A stretch of 64,000 nt of DNA from Myxococcota bacterium (lineage in GTDB: Bacteria; Myxococcota_A; UBA9160; SZUA-336): contig JBHHYV010000002.1 in assembly GCA_046757685.1 (NCBI GenBank), positions 8,598-72,597 on the forward strand. The letters are read 5' to 3'. Below the pieces are notes generated by a model, which did not search any database, was not told where the DNA came from, and saw only the letters and a list, made by a program, of their open reading frames with translations. The first letter of the stretch is position 1. Each line of letters begins with the position of its first letter. This document shows positions 17,981-28,115 of this stretch, one piece after another. The position numbers and the translations under genes are program-made.

Positions 17981-20128
17981 CTATCGGGTCACGGCGCGGA
18001 CCGGTTGAGAGCGGCTCTCCCGCTGTGGCGACGCATCCGGATAGAGCAGCCGATACATCTTCATGCTACGAACGACTCTTCTGACGTAACGCCTCGTCTC
18101 CCCATAAGGAATCGAATCGACGAACGTATCCGAGTCGAGCCGGGAGGCATCCTCGACCCAGCGCACCACGGCTTCCGGCCCGGCGTTGTAGGCCGCAATC
18201 GCGTGGGGTCGATCGCGGGCGAAGCGGCGCAGCAGGCTCTCGAGGTACCAGGTGCCGAAGCGCACGTTGGTGCCGGCATCGAAGAGGCGGCCCGGCTCGA
18301 AGGGCGTCGCCCCGAGGGCCTTCGCGATCCTGCGCCCCGTCGGCGGGATGATCTGCATCAGCCCGCGGGCACCCACCGGTGACTCGATCAGCGGACGGAA
18401 GGTGCTCTCCTCGCGCATCACCGCATAGACCAGCGAGGGATCCCCGTTGAACTCGCTCACGGCGGCCTCGACCTTGTCGCTGTACGGGCGCGGCCAGGCG
18501 AGCTCCCAGGCGTCGCGCCAGCGGCGGTCGATGCCCTCCTCCAGGGTGTCCCCGAAGCCATCGACGACCAGGCGCACGGCGCGGTAGTGTTCTCCGACCC
18601 GTCGCAGCAGGCCGGCGAGCCGCAGCCGAGCCTCGCGGTCGAGCCGACCGGCCTGGAGCCGGCTCTCGAGCTCGAGGCGCGCGAGGGCGGGAAAGCCCCC
18701 TTCGATCAGCTCGCGCGCGCGCTCGAGGGCGGGGTCGGGGGCGGCGGGGGTGCGCTCGCTCAGCAGCGGCCGCTCCACGACCGGGGGGTCGCCGAGCTGC
18801 TCCGCGGCGAGCAGCCCGTAGTACGACAACGGCACCTCCTCCACCAGGGTCCGGAGGTCCCGTCGGCCCAGCTCCCGCTTTCCCGCCGCCAGACGGACCC
18901 GCGCCAGCCAGTAGCGCGCGCGCTGAACCTCGATGTCGGAGGGGTGTCCGACGGCCAGCTCTCGCAGCCGCTTCTCTGCGGCGGCGCTCCGATCTGCCCT
19001 TACGTCGGACCAGGCGAGCCGCCAGCGGGCGAGAGCCGGGTAGCCGCCGGCTCGCCGTTCCCGCTCCACCCGCTCCAGGAGGGCCCGCGCGCGCTTGGAG
19101 TCGAAGTCCTCGAGATAGAGCGCTGCCAGGTAGCGCGCCCGTGCACGCGTGCGCCCGCGAGAGTGCCGGGCGATCCCGAGCAGCGACTTCACGGCCTCCG
19201 CGCGATGGCCGGCGCGGCCGACCGAGCGCGCCAGGGCGATCTGCAGGTCTCGAGCGTGCGGGCTCTCTCGCAGCAGCTCGCGATAGATCTTCTCGGCCTC
19301 TCGGAACTCCCTCTGCGCCATCAAGCAGGTCGCGAGCCCGCGCTGGACCCGGGCGCGGGTCTCGGGCGCCAGGTCGTCGCGCGCGGAGAGCAGGCCGTAG
19401 ACCTCGACGGCCAGCGGGCAGCGATGTGTGCCGCGCAGGGCATCCGCGAACAGGCGCTGAGCGCGGGGAGAAGCCGGCGCAGCGCTCGTCGCGTCCTCCA
19501 GGAAGCGAGAGCGCTGGAACGCCCGAACCGAGGCTCGCGAGCGAGGCCAGCGCTGCCAGGTCCGTCGGTAGGCAGCCAGCGCGTCGCCCGGCAGCCGCTG
19601 CGCCTCGAGCCACTCGGCGAGCTCGAGGGAGAGCGTCGCCGCCCGCTCCCGGTCCAACGACACCTCGGTCGCCCGCCGAAAGTGCCCCAGACCTTCGGCC
19701 AGCCGGCTCTCCGCGAGCGCCAGCCGGCCGCGTGCCGCCTCGAGCTCGGCCTGGACCTCGCCCGGGGGATCCCGCTCCAGGGCCGCATCCAGGAGCTCCC
19801 GCGCCGCCTGGGCCCGGTCGCGCATGACCTCGATGCGCGCGCGAGGGAGCGCGACGATGGCTGCCAGCGGCGAATCCACGAGGCGGGCGAGCGCCGCCGC
19901 GGCGCCGTCCTCGTCCGAGCGGTCGAGCGCCGCACGGGCTTCGCGCAGCAGGCAGACCTGGCTCGCCATCGGGGCAGCGAGGGCACAGTCGTCGCCCCGT
20001 GCGCCCGAGAGAGGGCTTCCGACGGTCACTCCGAGCAGGGCCAGCGCCGATGCAAGGCCCCACGATCGGCCGGCGGCGCGAGCGTGATGAGCCTGGCTCT
20101 CGTTGCGCATCGCAGCGAACGTAGCCAT
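17981..20128 (-). CDS. slt: Soluble lytic murein transglycosylase (Slt family; superhelical N-domain plus SLT catalytic domain)
   Basis: ORF 17981..20128. Catalytic ES motif region ESTFRPLIESPVGARGLMQIIPPTG ... AYNAGPEAV. N-terminal signal peptide. Confidence 0.85.
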   Translation of the reverse strand: MATFAAMRNESQAHHARAAGRSWGLASALALLGVTVGSPLSGARGDDCALAAPMASQVCLLREARAALDRSDEDGAAAALARLVDSPLAAIVALPRARIEVMRDRAQAARELLDAALERDPPGEVQAELEAARGRLALAESRLAEGLGHFRRATEVSLDRERAATLSLELAEWLEAQRLPGDALAAYRRTWQRWPRSRASVRAFQRSRFLEDATSAAPASPRAQRLFADALRGTHRCPLAVEVYGLLSARDDLAPETRARVQRGLATCLMAQREFREAEKIYRELLRESPHARDLQIALARSVGRAGHRAEAVKSLLGIARHSRGRTRARARYLAALYLEDFDSKRARALLERVERERRAGGYPALARWRLAWSDVRADRSAAAEKRLRELAVGHPSDIEVQRARYWLARVRLAAGKRELGRRDLRTLVEEVPLSYYGLLAAEQLGDPPVVERPLLSERTPAAPDPALERARELIEGGFPALARLELESRLQAGRLDREARLRLAGLLRRVGEHYRAVRLVVDGFGDTLEEGIDRRWRDAWELAWPRPYSDKVEAAVSEFNGDPSLVYAVMREESTFRPLIESPVGARGLMQIIPPTGRRIAKALGATPFEPGRLFDAGTNVRFGTWYLESLLRRFARDRPHAIAAYNAGPEAVVRWVEDASRLDSDTFVDSIPYGETRRYVRRVVRSMKMYRLLYPDASPQRESRSQPVRAVTR

Positions 20129-20184
20129 GCCGCCGCCCGACCTGCAAACGGGCTCGCGTCAGACTTCGCAGCTATCGTTCACGC

Positions 20185-21426
20185 GTGCGCAGGAGGTGGC
20201 TGGGAGGTCTGCTCGGGCTGCTCCTGGCCTGCCCGGGAGCGAAGCCGGGGTCCGGGCCCGAGGTCTCGCCCGACGCTGTCGAGAGCGGCCGATCGCAAGC
20301 CGTCGCACCCTCCCCTCCCCCGCGCCGCGCACTCTGGGTCCTGGCCGAAGGATCCTACCGGGCCCTCGAGTCGCGGGATCGGATCGAGCGACTGGTCGAG
20401 GCCGCGCGCTCCGCGGGCACGAGCGATCTCTTCGTGCAGGTCTATCGCGCGGGCCGGAGCTGGTTCGCCTCTTCGCACGCAGACGACCGCCCCCACGACC
20501 GCGCCCGGGCAGCGGTCGGAGAGGACTCCCTGCGGCTCCTCGTGCGGCGAGCCCACGCGCGCGGCTTGCGCGTTCACGCCTGGTTCAACGTCCTCAGCCT
20601 GGCGAACAATCGCGACGCTCCGCTGCTGCGCGAGCTCGGATCCGGGGCGGTGCTCGTCGACCAGCGCGGCCGCAGCCTGCTGGACTATCCCGGCGGGAAG
20701 GTCCCGCGGCCCGACCGCGAGTGGCTGCGAATGGGAACCCCGGGGATCTGGCTCGATCCCACGCAGCCCGAGGTCGCTCGAGCCCTCGGCCAGCTGGTGG
20801 ACGACCTGGCGCGCGCCGCACCCGATCTCGATGGGCTCCACCTCGACTTCATTCGCTACCCGATCGCCCTGCCGATCGCCCCGGGCTCGCGCTTCGGGGT
20901 CGGACTCGACTTCGGCTATGGCGCGGCCTCGCGTGCCGCCTTCGAGCGCGAGAGCGGCCGGAGCTTCGCCCCGGGGGACGCCTGGGACGACTTCCGGCGC
21001 CGCCGCGTCACCCAGCTGGTGAGACACCTGCGCCAGCATCTGCCCGCCGGCTGGGAGCTCTCGGCGGCGGTCCTGCCCTGGGCGGATCGCGCCTACCAGA
21101 TCGGAATGCAGGACTGGCGACGCTGGCTCGAGGAGGGGCTGCTCGACTTCGCCGTCGCCATGGCCTACTCGCGCGACGACCGACAGCTTCGCTACCTGGC
21201 GCACGAGCTGGTCGGCGGCGTGGGCGGGGAGCGCACCTGGCTGGGTCTGGGCGCCTGGCTGTTCGCCAAGGCTCCCGAACGGCTCGCCGAGCAGACCCGG
21301 ATCGCGGCGGCGGCGAGCCCCTCGGGCCTGGCGTTCTTCTCGTGGGACGCCCTGGCCGACCAACCGGAGAGCCTGCGCGCGCTCGAGAGCGGGGCCGGCG
21401 GCGCGCGCAGGGCGGCGGCGCGCTGA
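20185..21426 (+). CDS. Glycoside-hydrolase-like family 10 (GHL10/YngK-like) lipoprotein
   Basis: GTG 20185. Lipobox LLGLLLAC. TIM-barrel-like motifs HAWFNV and LHLDFIRYP. Stop overlaps the queA start. Confidence 0.75.
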   Translation: MRRRWLGGLLGLLLACPGAKPGSGPEVSPDAVESGRSQAVAPSPPPRRALWVLAEGSYRALESRDRIERLVEAARSAGTSDLFVQVYRAGRSWFASSHADDRPHDRARAAVGEDSLRLLVRRAHARGLRVHAWFNVLSLANNRDAPLLRELGSGAVLVDQRGRSLLDYPGGKVPRPDREWLRMGTPGIWLDPTQPEVARALGQLVDDLARAAPDLDGLHLDFIRYPIALPIAPGSRFGVGLDFGYGAASRAAFERESGRSFAPGDAWDDFRRRRVTQLVRHLRQHLPAGWELSAAVLPWADRAYQIGMQDWRRWLEEGLLDFAVAMAYSRDDRQLRYLAHELVGGVGGERTWLGLGAWLFAKAPERLAEQTRIAAAASPSGLAFFSWDALADQPESLRALESGAGGARRAAAR

Positions 21427-22412
21427 TGGAGCCGAGCGACCTCGACTACGAGCTGCCGCGCGACCGCATCGCCCAGCAGCCACTCCCGGCGCGCGACGCT
21501 GCGCGCCTGCTCCTGGTCGAGCGTTCGGGCGCCTCGCTCGAGGAGATCCGCTTCGGCGACCTCGGCGAACGGCTCGGCGCCGACGATCTGCTGGTCGTCA
21601 ACGACACCCGGGTGATTCCGGCGCGTCTTCGGGGGCGCAAGAAGACCGGCGGCGCCGCGGAGGCGCTGCTCTGGACGCGATTTCCCGATGGCAGCTGGCG
21701 CGCCCTGGTTCGAGCGCGGGGACGCCTTCGAGCGGGACTCGAGCTCTGCTTCGGAGACGCGTGCGCCCAGGTCACTCGCGTCCACCCCGACGGGAGCTGC
21801 ACGATGCGCTTCGAGCCCCCTGACCTGGACCCCCTGCGTCTCGGCGAAGCTCCCCTGCCTCCCTACATTCGTCGCGACGAGCCGCTCGAGGCGGACCTGG
21901 AGAGCTACCAGAGCGTCTTCGCGCGCGTCTCGGGCGCGGTCGCCGCCCCCACGGCGTCCCTGCACTTCTCACGGGAAATGGCTGCGAGGCTGCGCATCGC
22001 GCGGGTGACCCTCCACGTGGGCCCGGGGACCTTTCGCCCGCTCTCGAGCGCGCCACTCGAGGAGCAGCGCCTCGAGCCGGAGCTCTTCCGGGTGCCGGCC
22101 GAGACCGCGCGGGCGATCCGCGAGGCCAAGGCTCGCGGAGGGCAGCTGATCGCGACCGGGACCACCGTCGTGCGCGCCCTGGAGACGACGGGCGGAGAGG
22201 CCGGCGGAGGACGCACGCGGCTCTTCATCCTGCCCGGCTACCGCTTCCGCGTCGTCGACTCGCTGATCACCAACTTCCACCTGCCGCGCTCGAGCCTCCT
22301 GGCTCTCACGATGGCCTTCGCGGGCCGGGACGTGATTCGCGAGGCCTACCGGCATGCGATCGAGAGCGGCTTTCGCTTCTACTCCTACGGGGACGCGATG
22401 TGGATCCGCTGA
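21426..22412 (+). CDS. queA: S-adenosylmethionine:tRNA ribosyltransferase-isomerase QueA
   Basis: ATG 21426 (MEPSDLDYELPRDRIAQQP...). C-terminal ...LITNFHLPRSSLLAL... Confidence 0.9.
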   Translation: MEPSDLDYELPRDRIAQQPLPARDAARLLLVERSGASLEEIRFGDLGERLGADDLLVVNDTRVIPARLRGRKKTGGAAEALLWTRFPDGSWRALVRARGRLRAGLELCFGDACAQVTRVHPDGSCTMRFEPPDLDPLRLGEAPLPPYIRRDEPLEADLESYQSVFARVSGAVAAPTASLHFSREMAARLRIARVTLHVGPGTFRPLSSAPLEEQRLEPELFRVPAETARAIREAKARGGQLIATGTTVVRALETTGGEAGGGRTRLFILPGYRFRVVDSLITNFHLPRSSLLALTMAFAGRDVIREAYRHAIESGFRFYSYGDAMWIR

Positions 22413-23551
22413 GCCCGCGCTTCGAGATCGTCGCCGGCTCCGCGTCTCAGGGTCCGCGAACTGGACGCCTGCATACCGCGCACGGGACGCTCGACACTCC
22501 CGCCTTCCTGCCCGTCGGTACGCACGGCGCGGTACGTGGCCTGGCGCCGCGGGACCTGGTCGAGGTGGGTGTCCAGGGTCTGCTGGCGAACACCTATCAC
22601 CTGCACCTGCGCCCGGGAGAGGCGCTGATCGCCAAGCTCGGGGGCCTGCACCGCTTCATGGGCTGGGACGGGCCGATCCTGACCGACTCGGGCGGCTTCC
22701 AGATCCACTCCCTCGATCCCCTGTGCGAGCGAAGCGAGGCGGGTGTCCGCTTCACGAGCCCCCTCGACGGACGCCGGATCATCCTGGACCCGGAGTCCTC
22801 GATTCGCATCCAGGAGGCGCTGGGTGCAGACCTGATCGTCACACTCGACGAGTTCGATCCGATCGGAGACGACCGTGGGCCCGGCGTTCGCGAGCGGGTA
22901 CGGGCGCAGATGGAGCGGACGGTCCGCTGGTCGGAGCGCTGTCTTCGGGCGCGCACGCATCCCGGCCCGCTGCTCTTCGGCATCGTGCAGGGCGGTGGCT
23001 TCCCGGAGCTCCGACGCGAGAGCGCCGAGCGAACGGCACGGCTGGGATTCGAGGCGTTCGCGATCGGCGGCCTCGGCGTCGGAGAGTCGCGTGCCGAGCG
23101 AGCGCTCCTCGTCGAGACGGTCGTGTCCGCCCTGCCGAGCGATCGCCCGCGCTACCTGATGGGCCTCGGCACGCCCGAGGACCTGATCCAGGCCGTGGCT
23201 CGTGGCATCGACCTCTTCGATTGCGTGGTACCGACGCGGCACGCTCGACACGGCTCGGTCTTCACGCGGCGCGGACCCCTCCACCTGCGCAATGCGCGCT
23301 TTCGCGACGACCCCGAGCCGCTCGATCCCGACGACGAGCGCTCGCCGGTCCGAGCGTGGTCTCGCGCCTACCTGCGTCACCTGCTGGTCTCGAACGAGAT
23401 GCTCGGGGCGCGGCTGCTCTCCTGGCACAACCTGGGCTTCTACACGGCGCTGCTCTCGGAGGCGCGAGCGGCGATCGCGGCGGGTCGCTTCGAGCGCTGG
23501 CAGAGCCGCTGGCTCGAGCGCTACCACTCCGGCGCGAGAGCGGTCTCCTGA
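22400..23551 (+). CDS. tgt: Queuine tRNA-ribosyltransferase Tgt
   Basis: GTG 22400 overlapping the queA end by 13 nt. PAFLPVGT, LTDSGGFQ and zinc site CxCxxC...H. Confidence 0.9.
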   Translation: MDPLSPRFEIVAGSASQGPRTGRLHTAHGTLDTPAFLPVGTHGAVRGLAPRDLVEVGVQGLLANTYHLHLRPGEALIAKLGGLHRFMGWDGPILTDSGGFQIHSLDPLCERSEAGVRFTSPLDGRRIILDPESSIRIQEALGADLIVTLDEFDPIGDDRGPGVRERVRAQMERTVRWSERCLRARTHPGPLLFGIVQGGGFPELRRESAERTARLGFEAFAIGGLGVGESRAERALLVETVVSALPSDRPRYLMGLGTPEDLIQAVARGIDLFDCVVPTRHARHGSVFTRRGPLHLRNARFRDDPEPLDPDDERSPVRAWSRAYLRHLLVSNEMLGARLLSWHNLGFYTALLSEARAAIAAGRFERWQSRWLERYHSGARAVS

Positions 23552-24543
23552 TCCAGGTGTGGAAGCGCCGCGACGGCCAGCGCCGCGCGCGCGGGCAGGT
23601 CGCGACCCAGCGTCCCCGCTACGATCTCGACGTCGCGCAGGGGCTTCCAGACCCGCGCACGCGTGCGCTCCCGTAGCGGAGGCAGGAGCAGCGACGCGTT
23701 CTCGCGGACGAGGGTTCCCAGCACGATCCGCTCGGGATCGAGACCCATCACCACCGTGGCCAGACCCTGCGCCAGGGCGTCGAGAAACGCCTCGGCGATT
23801 CTCCAGGCGGTCGCGTCCCCGTCCTGGAGGGCCCGTGCCCAGAGCCGGGCGTCCAGCCGCGCGGGATCTCCCCCGGCGCGCTCCAGCAGCGTGGCGGCGC
23901 GGCCCGCCGCCGCCTCGCGGCGCAGCTCTTCGGCGAGGGCCCGGCCACCCGTGTACGCCTCGAGGCATCCGCGCAGCCCGCAGGCACAGGGCCGGCCTCC
24001 GGGAACGACGGCCATGTGTCCCAGCTCGCCCGCCAGACCGTGGGCGCCGCGGACGATCTCACCCTCCAGGATCAGCCCGCCCCCGACTCCGGTGCTCATG
24101 GTCAGGTACACCAGGCTGCGGGCTCCCTGCCCGGCCCCATGGCGCCACTCCGCGAGCGCCTGCGCATTGGCGTCATTCTCCAGGCGGGTCGGCCGGCCGA
24201 GCGAGTCCTCGAGGGCGGCCCGCAGCGCGACTCCGTCCCAGCCGCGCATGTTGGGCGCGTCGAAGACGACTCCCGTGCGCACGTCGAGGGGACCCGGCGC
24301 CGTGACTCCGATCGAGGTCACCTCGCTCGCTTCCAGGGAGGCCCGCTGGAAGGTCCGTCGCGCGAGCGCGACGATCTCGGCGAGGTCGGCCTCCACCTCG
24401 CCGTGCGTCCAGTCCTCGATCCGGCACTGCGCGAGCACGGCGCCATCGTCGCGACCGACCGCGGCTACACACTTGGTTCCGCCGATGTCGATTCCGAGGC
24501 GAAGAGGACTGGAGCCGTTCACGAGCGCAGGATAGCCCCGCAT
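23521..24543 (-). CDS. ROK family sugar kinase (glucokinase-like)
   Basis: ORF 23521..24543. LGIDIGGTK; zinc motif GHMAV...CACGLRGCLE. Confidence 0.85.
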   Translation of the reverse strand: MRGYPALVNGSSPLRLGIDIGGTKCVAAVGRDDGAVLAQCRIEDWTHGEVEADLAEIVALARRTFQRASLEASEVTSIGVTAPGPLDVRTGVVFDAPNMRGWDGVALRAALEDSLGRPTRLENDANAQALAEWRHGAGQGARSLVYLTMSTGVGGGLILEGEIVRGAHGLAGELGHMAVVPGGRPCACGLRGCLEAYTGGRALAEELRREAAAGRAATLLERAGGDPARLDARLWARALQDGDATAWRIAEAFLDALAQGLATVVMGLDPERIVLGTLVRENASLLLPPLRERTRARVWKPLRDVEIVAGTLGRDLPARAALAVAALPHLDQETALAPEW

Positions 24544-24633
24544 CGCGGCTGGCGAGCCTGTCCCTTTCGCATCGGGCCGCGAGAGGCCACCCTGGGAGCG
24601 CGCTCGTCAGACGGGTAGAGGGGGGAGGGAACG

Positions 24634-25089
24634 ATGGGACGGACGACCGCTGTGGCTCTGACCACGATCCTGCTGTCCGGCTGTGTCTACTGGATGGATC
24701 CCGGATGGATCTCGGAACGCGGGCGCCTGGACGCGGTGCGCGCTGCCGCGGATGGCTTCGGACACGACCTGCGCTGGGGTCGCGTGGCGGAGGCGGCAGG
24801 GGCCGTCGAGCCGGAGGTCCGTGCCGCCTTCGTCGAGGTGGCGACCGACCTGTACCGCGAGCTGCGCTTCAGCGACTTCGAGGTGCAGTCGATCCAGATG
24901 GGCCCCGACAAGGAGGAGGCGTCGGTCGACGCGTCCTTCGAGCTCTATCCGATCGCATCGATCCAGGAGACGAGCTTCCGCGTGCACCAGCAGTGGCGCT
25001 ACGACCGCGAGCTGCGACGCTGGCTGCTCACGCCGAACCTGGGCATCTACCGGGCCCAGCTCGCGAGCGCCAAGGCGATCCAACCCTGA
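24634..25089 (+). CDS. Hypothetical lipoprotein
   Basis: ORF 24634..25089. MGRTTAVALTTILLSGC lipobox. Confidence 0.55.
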   Translation: MGRTTAVALTTILLSGCVYWMDPGWISERGRLDAVRAAADGFGHDLRWGRVAEAAGAVEPEVRAAFVEVATDLYRELRFSDFEVQSIQMGPDKEEASVDASFELYPIASIQETSFRVHQQWRYDRELRRWLLTPNLGIYRAQLASAKAIQP

Positions 25090-25105
25090 GCGCGGCGCGC
25101 GGGGC

Positions 25106-25591
25106 TCAGTTCGGCTCGATCTCTGCCAGCGTTCGGCCTCCCTGCTCGATCACCGTGAAGGCCTTCCAGTAGCTGAGCCCCTCCCGCTCGACCCTGCGCC
25201 ACTGGAGCCGGCGAACTCTCACCGGCTCGTCGGAGGCGAGCGGAAGCTCGAGCGCCGTCTGTCCGCCCAGCCCGTACTGGAAGAAGCGCGGGGTGCGGCC
25301 CGCAGCTGCGTGCGCGGCGCTCGGCGCTTCGCGACTCGGCACCGCTGCAAGCCCGATCGCCGGCGCCGAGGTGGCGCCGCGCGGCACGACGGTCAGCCGA
25401 TCGTAGCCGGCGAGCGTCGGCATCGAGAGCCGCTCCAGCGTGGCCCGGTAGCGAGCGGGAACCTGGCGGGGATTGTCGGTGAACGAGAGGGTCCCGCCCT
25501 CGGTCTCGTAACGAAAGAGATCCTTGGCGGCGGACTCGGCAGGCGAGAAGAAGAGACCGGTCACGAGCGCGATCAACAGCAGCTGCAGCAT
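25106..25591 (-). CDS. Hypothetical secreted protein
   Basis: ORF 25106..25738 trimmed to ATG 25591 (MLQLLLIALVTGLFFSPAESAAKD...). Confidence 0.5.
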   Translation of the reverse strand: MLQLLLIALVTGLFFSPAESAAKDLFRYETEGGTLSFTDNPRQVPARYRATLERLSMPTLAGYDRLTVVPRGATSAPAIGLAAVPSREAPSAAHAAAGRTPRFFQYGLGGQTALELPLASDEPVRVRRLQWRRVEREGLSYWKAFTVIEQGGRTLAEIEPN

Positions 25592-25781
25592 GGGATCCCT
25601 CCGGGCACGCGAAGCGAGGGCCCCGCGGTGCACTGGACCCCTCACCCCTCGTCCGTGAGTGGTCTCGGGGCCCGGCCGGGTGACGAGCTGCACCGGAGCT
25701 GCCGACGCCGCTCGGGAAAGAAGCCGCCGCAGCGGCATGTTGACAGCGGAGCGCTCGCGTTCCTATCCTCCCGCCCCTTGA

Positions 25782-25859
<78 letters not shown>

Positions 25860-25926
25860 CTCGACCCCCCGGAGCCTCCCAGAGCCCGCCCGGCTCTCGA
25901 GGGGGTCCGGGGGTCCCTGGTCTTCG

Positions 25927-26373
25927 TCACTCCGGCGCTCCGGCGCCCGGCACGTCCCCCCGGGCGCGAGCCGCCGCCGCCAGGAGCGCCGCGCGCATCG
26001 GGGAGACGTCGACCAGGGGATGCCTGCGAGCCCGCGCGACCTCGCTCTCGGAGTAGGGCCGGAAGTCCGGTGGAAGCGGCTCATCCGCGAACTCCTCGAG
26101 CAGCCAGTTCAGGAGCGCCGCGAGCCGACGGTCGCTTATGGCCGACTGGGCCGATCCCGGCACGCGGACCAGGTAGGCGCGCCCACCCGGGGCCCACAGG
26201 AAGCGGCCGATGGAGTGGACCAGCGACGGCACCCGCCCCGACATTCCGCTGCCATCCGCCTGGTGGCAGCCCATGCAGTGAAGCGCGTAGTCGAGTCGCG
26301 GCGAGGCGACACCCGAGGCGGGGACGGCCAGGCTGAGCGCCGCGACCCCGAACCGCATGACGCGACGGCGCAT
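25927..26373 (-). CDS. Monoheme c-type cytochrome (single CxxCH), putative electron acceptor of the amine dehydrogenase
   Basis: ORF 25927..26373. Signal peptide, then CMGCH. The start lies 1 nt after the mauA-like stop. Confidence 0.7.
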   Translation of the reverse strand: MRRRVMRFGVAALSLAVPASGVASPRLDYALHCMGCHQADGSGMSGRVPSLVHSIGRFLWAPGGRAYLVRVPGSAQSAISDRRLAALLNWLLEEFADEPLPPDFRPYSESEVARARRHPLVDVSPMRAALLAAAARARGDVPGAGAPE

Positions 26374-26374
26374 G

Positions 26375-26944
26375 CTAGCGCTCGGTCGCGACCCCGAGGA
26401 CGCGGGCCGTCGAGCAGTGGTAGGCCTGGCTCGCGGCCCCGACGCACCAGTTGATGTCGTTGCTCTTCGGGGCCACGTAGACCGGTCGGTCTCCCTCGTT
26501 GCGATTGCACAGGCAGCGTCCGCAGTAGCCCTTGCCGCAGCAGTCGTTGTACGAGATCACGTAGTCCCTGCCGTCCGCGGGGTTGCGACAGGTCCCGATC
26601 CAGGTGATCGGCGACATCTCGGTGCCCGGCGGGCAGCGGTCTGCACTTCCCCCGCAGCAGCCGCACAGGAACCCATCGATCGCGCAGTGCCTCCAGTAGT
26701 CGCAGCTCGTGGGGTCGGCCTGCGCGCCTCGGAGCCCGGACTCGTCGGGCGCCGGCTCCCTCGCGGCCCCGTGGGATGCCCCCTCTGCAGCCGCTCCGCG
26801 CGCGACGGGCAGGAGGGGGATCGTCGCCCCTCCAAGCAGGAGCGTCGCGGCCCGACCCAGAAAGCCCCGGCGCGAGGTGCGCTTCGCCAGGCTGCGCGAG
26901 GCCCCCTCGACCCAGCGATCGACCCGGCCGCGAAGTGTCGTCAT
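26375..26944 (-). CDS. mauA: TTQ-dependent amine dehydrogenase light (beta) subunit, MauA/AauA family
   Basis: ORF 26375..26944. Twin-arginine signal RRGFLGRAATLLLGGA. Signature CDYWRHCAIDG (Paracoccus MauA has CDYWRHCSIDG). Both TTQ-forming Trp conserved (ITWIGTC, DINWCVG). 12 Cys in the mature part. Confidence 0.85.
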   Translation of the reverse strand: MTTLRGRVDRWVEGASRSLAKRTSRRGFLGRAATLLLGGATIPLLPVARGAAAEGASHGAAREPAPDESGLRGAQADPTSCDYWRHCAIDGFLCGCCGGSADRCPPGTEMSPITWIGTCRNPADGRDYVISYNDCCGKGYCGRCLCNRNEGDRPVYVAPKSNDINWCVGAASQAYHCSTARVLGVATER

Positions 26945-27579
26945 CTGGCACCTCCCATCCGCAGACCCTCTCCCGGCGCTCGATCCGCCTTCCCCTGCAG
27001 GTACTCCTGAAGCGAGGCGAAGCCGCTCGCGCGCGCCTCGAGCAGGCTCTCGAGGTGCTCCCGAGAGTTCACGAGTCCCTGGGCGCGCAGGACGCCCTCG
27101 TCATCGATCAAAACCGCGTGCGGAAGCCGCGCCACGGAGTAGGCCAGGCCGAGATCGGTCGAGACCAGGTAGGGGAACTCCTCGAGGCGCTCGCGGCGCA
27201 CGAGCGCCTCGTGCTCGTCGCGGGGACCGTCGCTGGCCAGCCACACGCGCAGCCCGGCACGCTCGGATCGCGCGAGCGATCGCAGCACGGGCAGCAGCGA
27301 CTCGCAGACCGGACAGCTCGGCGAGAGAAAGAAGAGCAGCAGGTCGCGACCCGAGGGATCGCGGCCCCCCACCCGGCGAGCGACGCCGCCGAGGTCCTCG
27401 ACCGTGACCGTCGGTGCAGGCTCACCGGCGACCGGAGCGGCCCGAAGCGTCAGTGCGCCCGCGGGCGCGACGCGCTCGTGCAGCACCCCGACCTGACGCA
27501 CCAGCGCGAGGACCACTCCCGCGAGCACGACGACGGCGCCCCAGAGCAGGAGATTGGAGACGAGGAGAGCCCCGCTCAC
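26941..27579 (-). CDS. mauD: Methylamine-utilisation protein MauD-like (TlpA-type membrane-anchored thioredoxin, CPVC)
   Basis: GTG 27579 within ORF 26941..28071. TM helix LLVSNLLLWGAVVVLAGVVLALV, then LLFFLSPSCPVCESLLP. GTGA overlap with mauE and ATGA overlap with mauA. Confidence 0.75.
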   Translation of the reverse strand: MSGALLVSNLLLWGAVVVLAGVVLALVRQVGVLHERVAPAGALTLRAAPVAGEPAPTVTVEDLGGVARRVGGRDPSGRDLLLFFLSPSCPVCESLLPVLRSLARSERAGLRVWLASDGPRDEHEALVRRERLEEFPYLVSTDLGLAYSVARLPHAVLIDDEGVLRAQGLVNSREHLESLLEARASGFASLQEYLQGKADRAPGEGLRMGGAR

Positions 27580-28115
27580 GCCGGCCTCGCGCTCCGGGCA
27601 AGGGACCCCGCGTTCGCGGCCAGGCCGTGGATCGCGCTCCAGCTCGCGACCAGGACACACGCCGACCCGAGAACGCTCAGCACGTCGAGCCAGACGAGCG
27701 GGCGCGGATCCTGGGGAAGCCGGCAGGCGAGCGCGGCGGCGATCAGCGCGGCGTTGCGCCAGAGCAGCCAGCCGGCGAGGGTCGCGCGGGCCTGCGGGCC
27801 CGCACAGCCGCAGTCGATGTCGCGCCGGCCCCGAGCGAGGTTGAGCGCGATCGCCGCGGAGTAGAGGGAGAGCAGGCCCGCGACTCCGAGCAGCGCGATG
27901 GGGCGTCCCGCGGGCCACAGCAGGCCCGCGCCCAGCCCGAGCTCGGCCAGCGCGACCAGGGGTGCGAAGGCTCGGCTGAGCAGCGTCGGGAGCAGCCGAT
28001 AGTCCGCGAAGATTCGCCGGAAGCGCGGCAGGTCTCGCAGCTTCTCGACTCCGCTCGCGATCCACACCCACGCGAGCGCGCCACAGACCGAGAGCTGGAC
28101 CACCGGGTCGATCAC
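27576..28115 (-). CDS. mauE: Methylamine-utilisation protein MauE-like integral membrane protein
   Basis: ORF 27576..28115 (GTG start). Four predicted TM helices of about 180 aa. Position between the mauB and mauD homologues. Confidence 0.75.
   Translation of the reverse strand: MIDPVVQLSVCGALAWVWIASGVEKLRDLPRFRRIFADYRLLPTLLSRAFAPLVALAELGLGAGLLWPAGRPIALLGVAGLLSLYSAAIALNLARGRRDIDCGCAGPQARATLAGWLLWRNAALIAAALACRLPQDPRPLVWLDVLSVLGSACVLVASWSAIHGLAANAGSLARSARPA

Noticed and set aside
18066-20147. 693-aa minus ORF in an alternative frame to slt
   Set aside because: Overlaps the well-supported Slt frame and is Arg/Gly/Pro-rich with no motifs.
22385-23968. 527-aa minus ORF
   Set aside because: Antisense to tgt with junk composition.
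26941-28071. 376-aa ORF as a single gene
   Set aside because: Its 5' half overlaps mauE in another frame. Only the part from GTG 27579 onward (TlpA-like thioredoxin, MauD) is supported.
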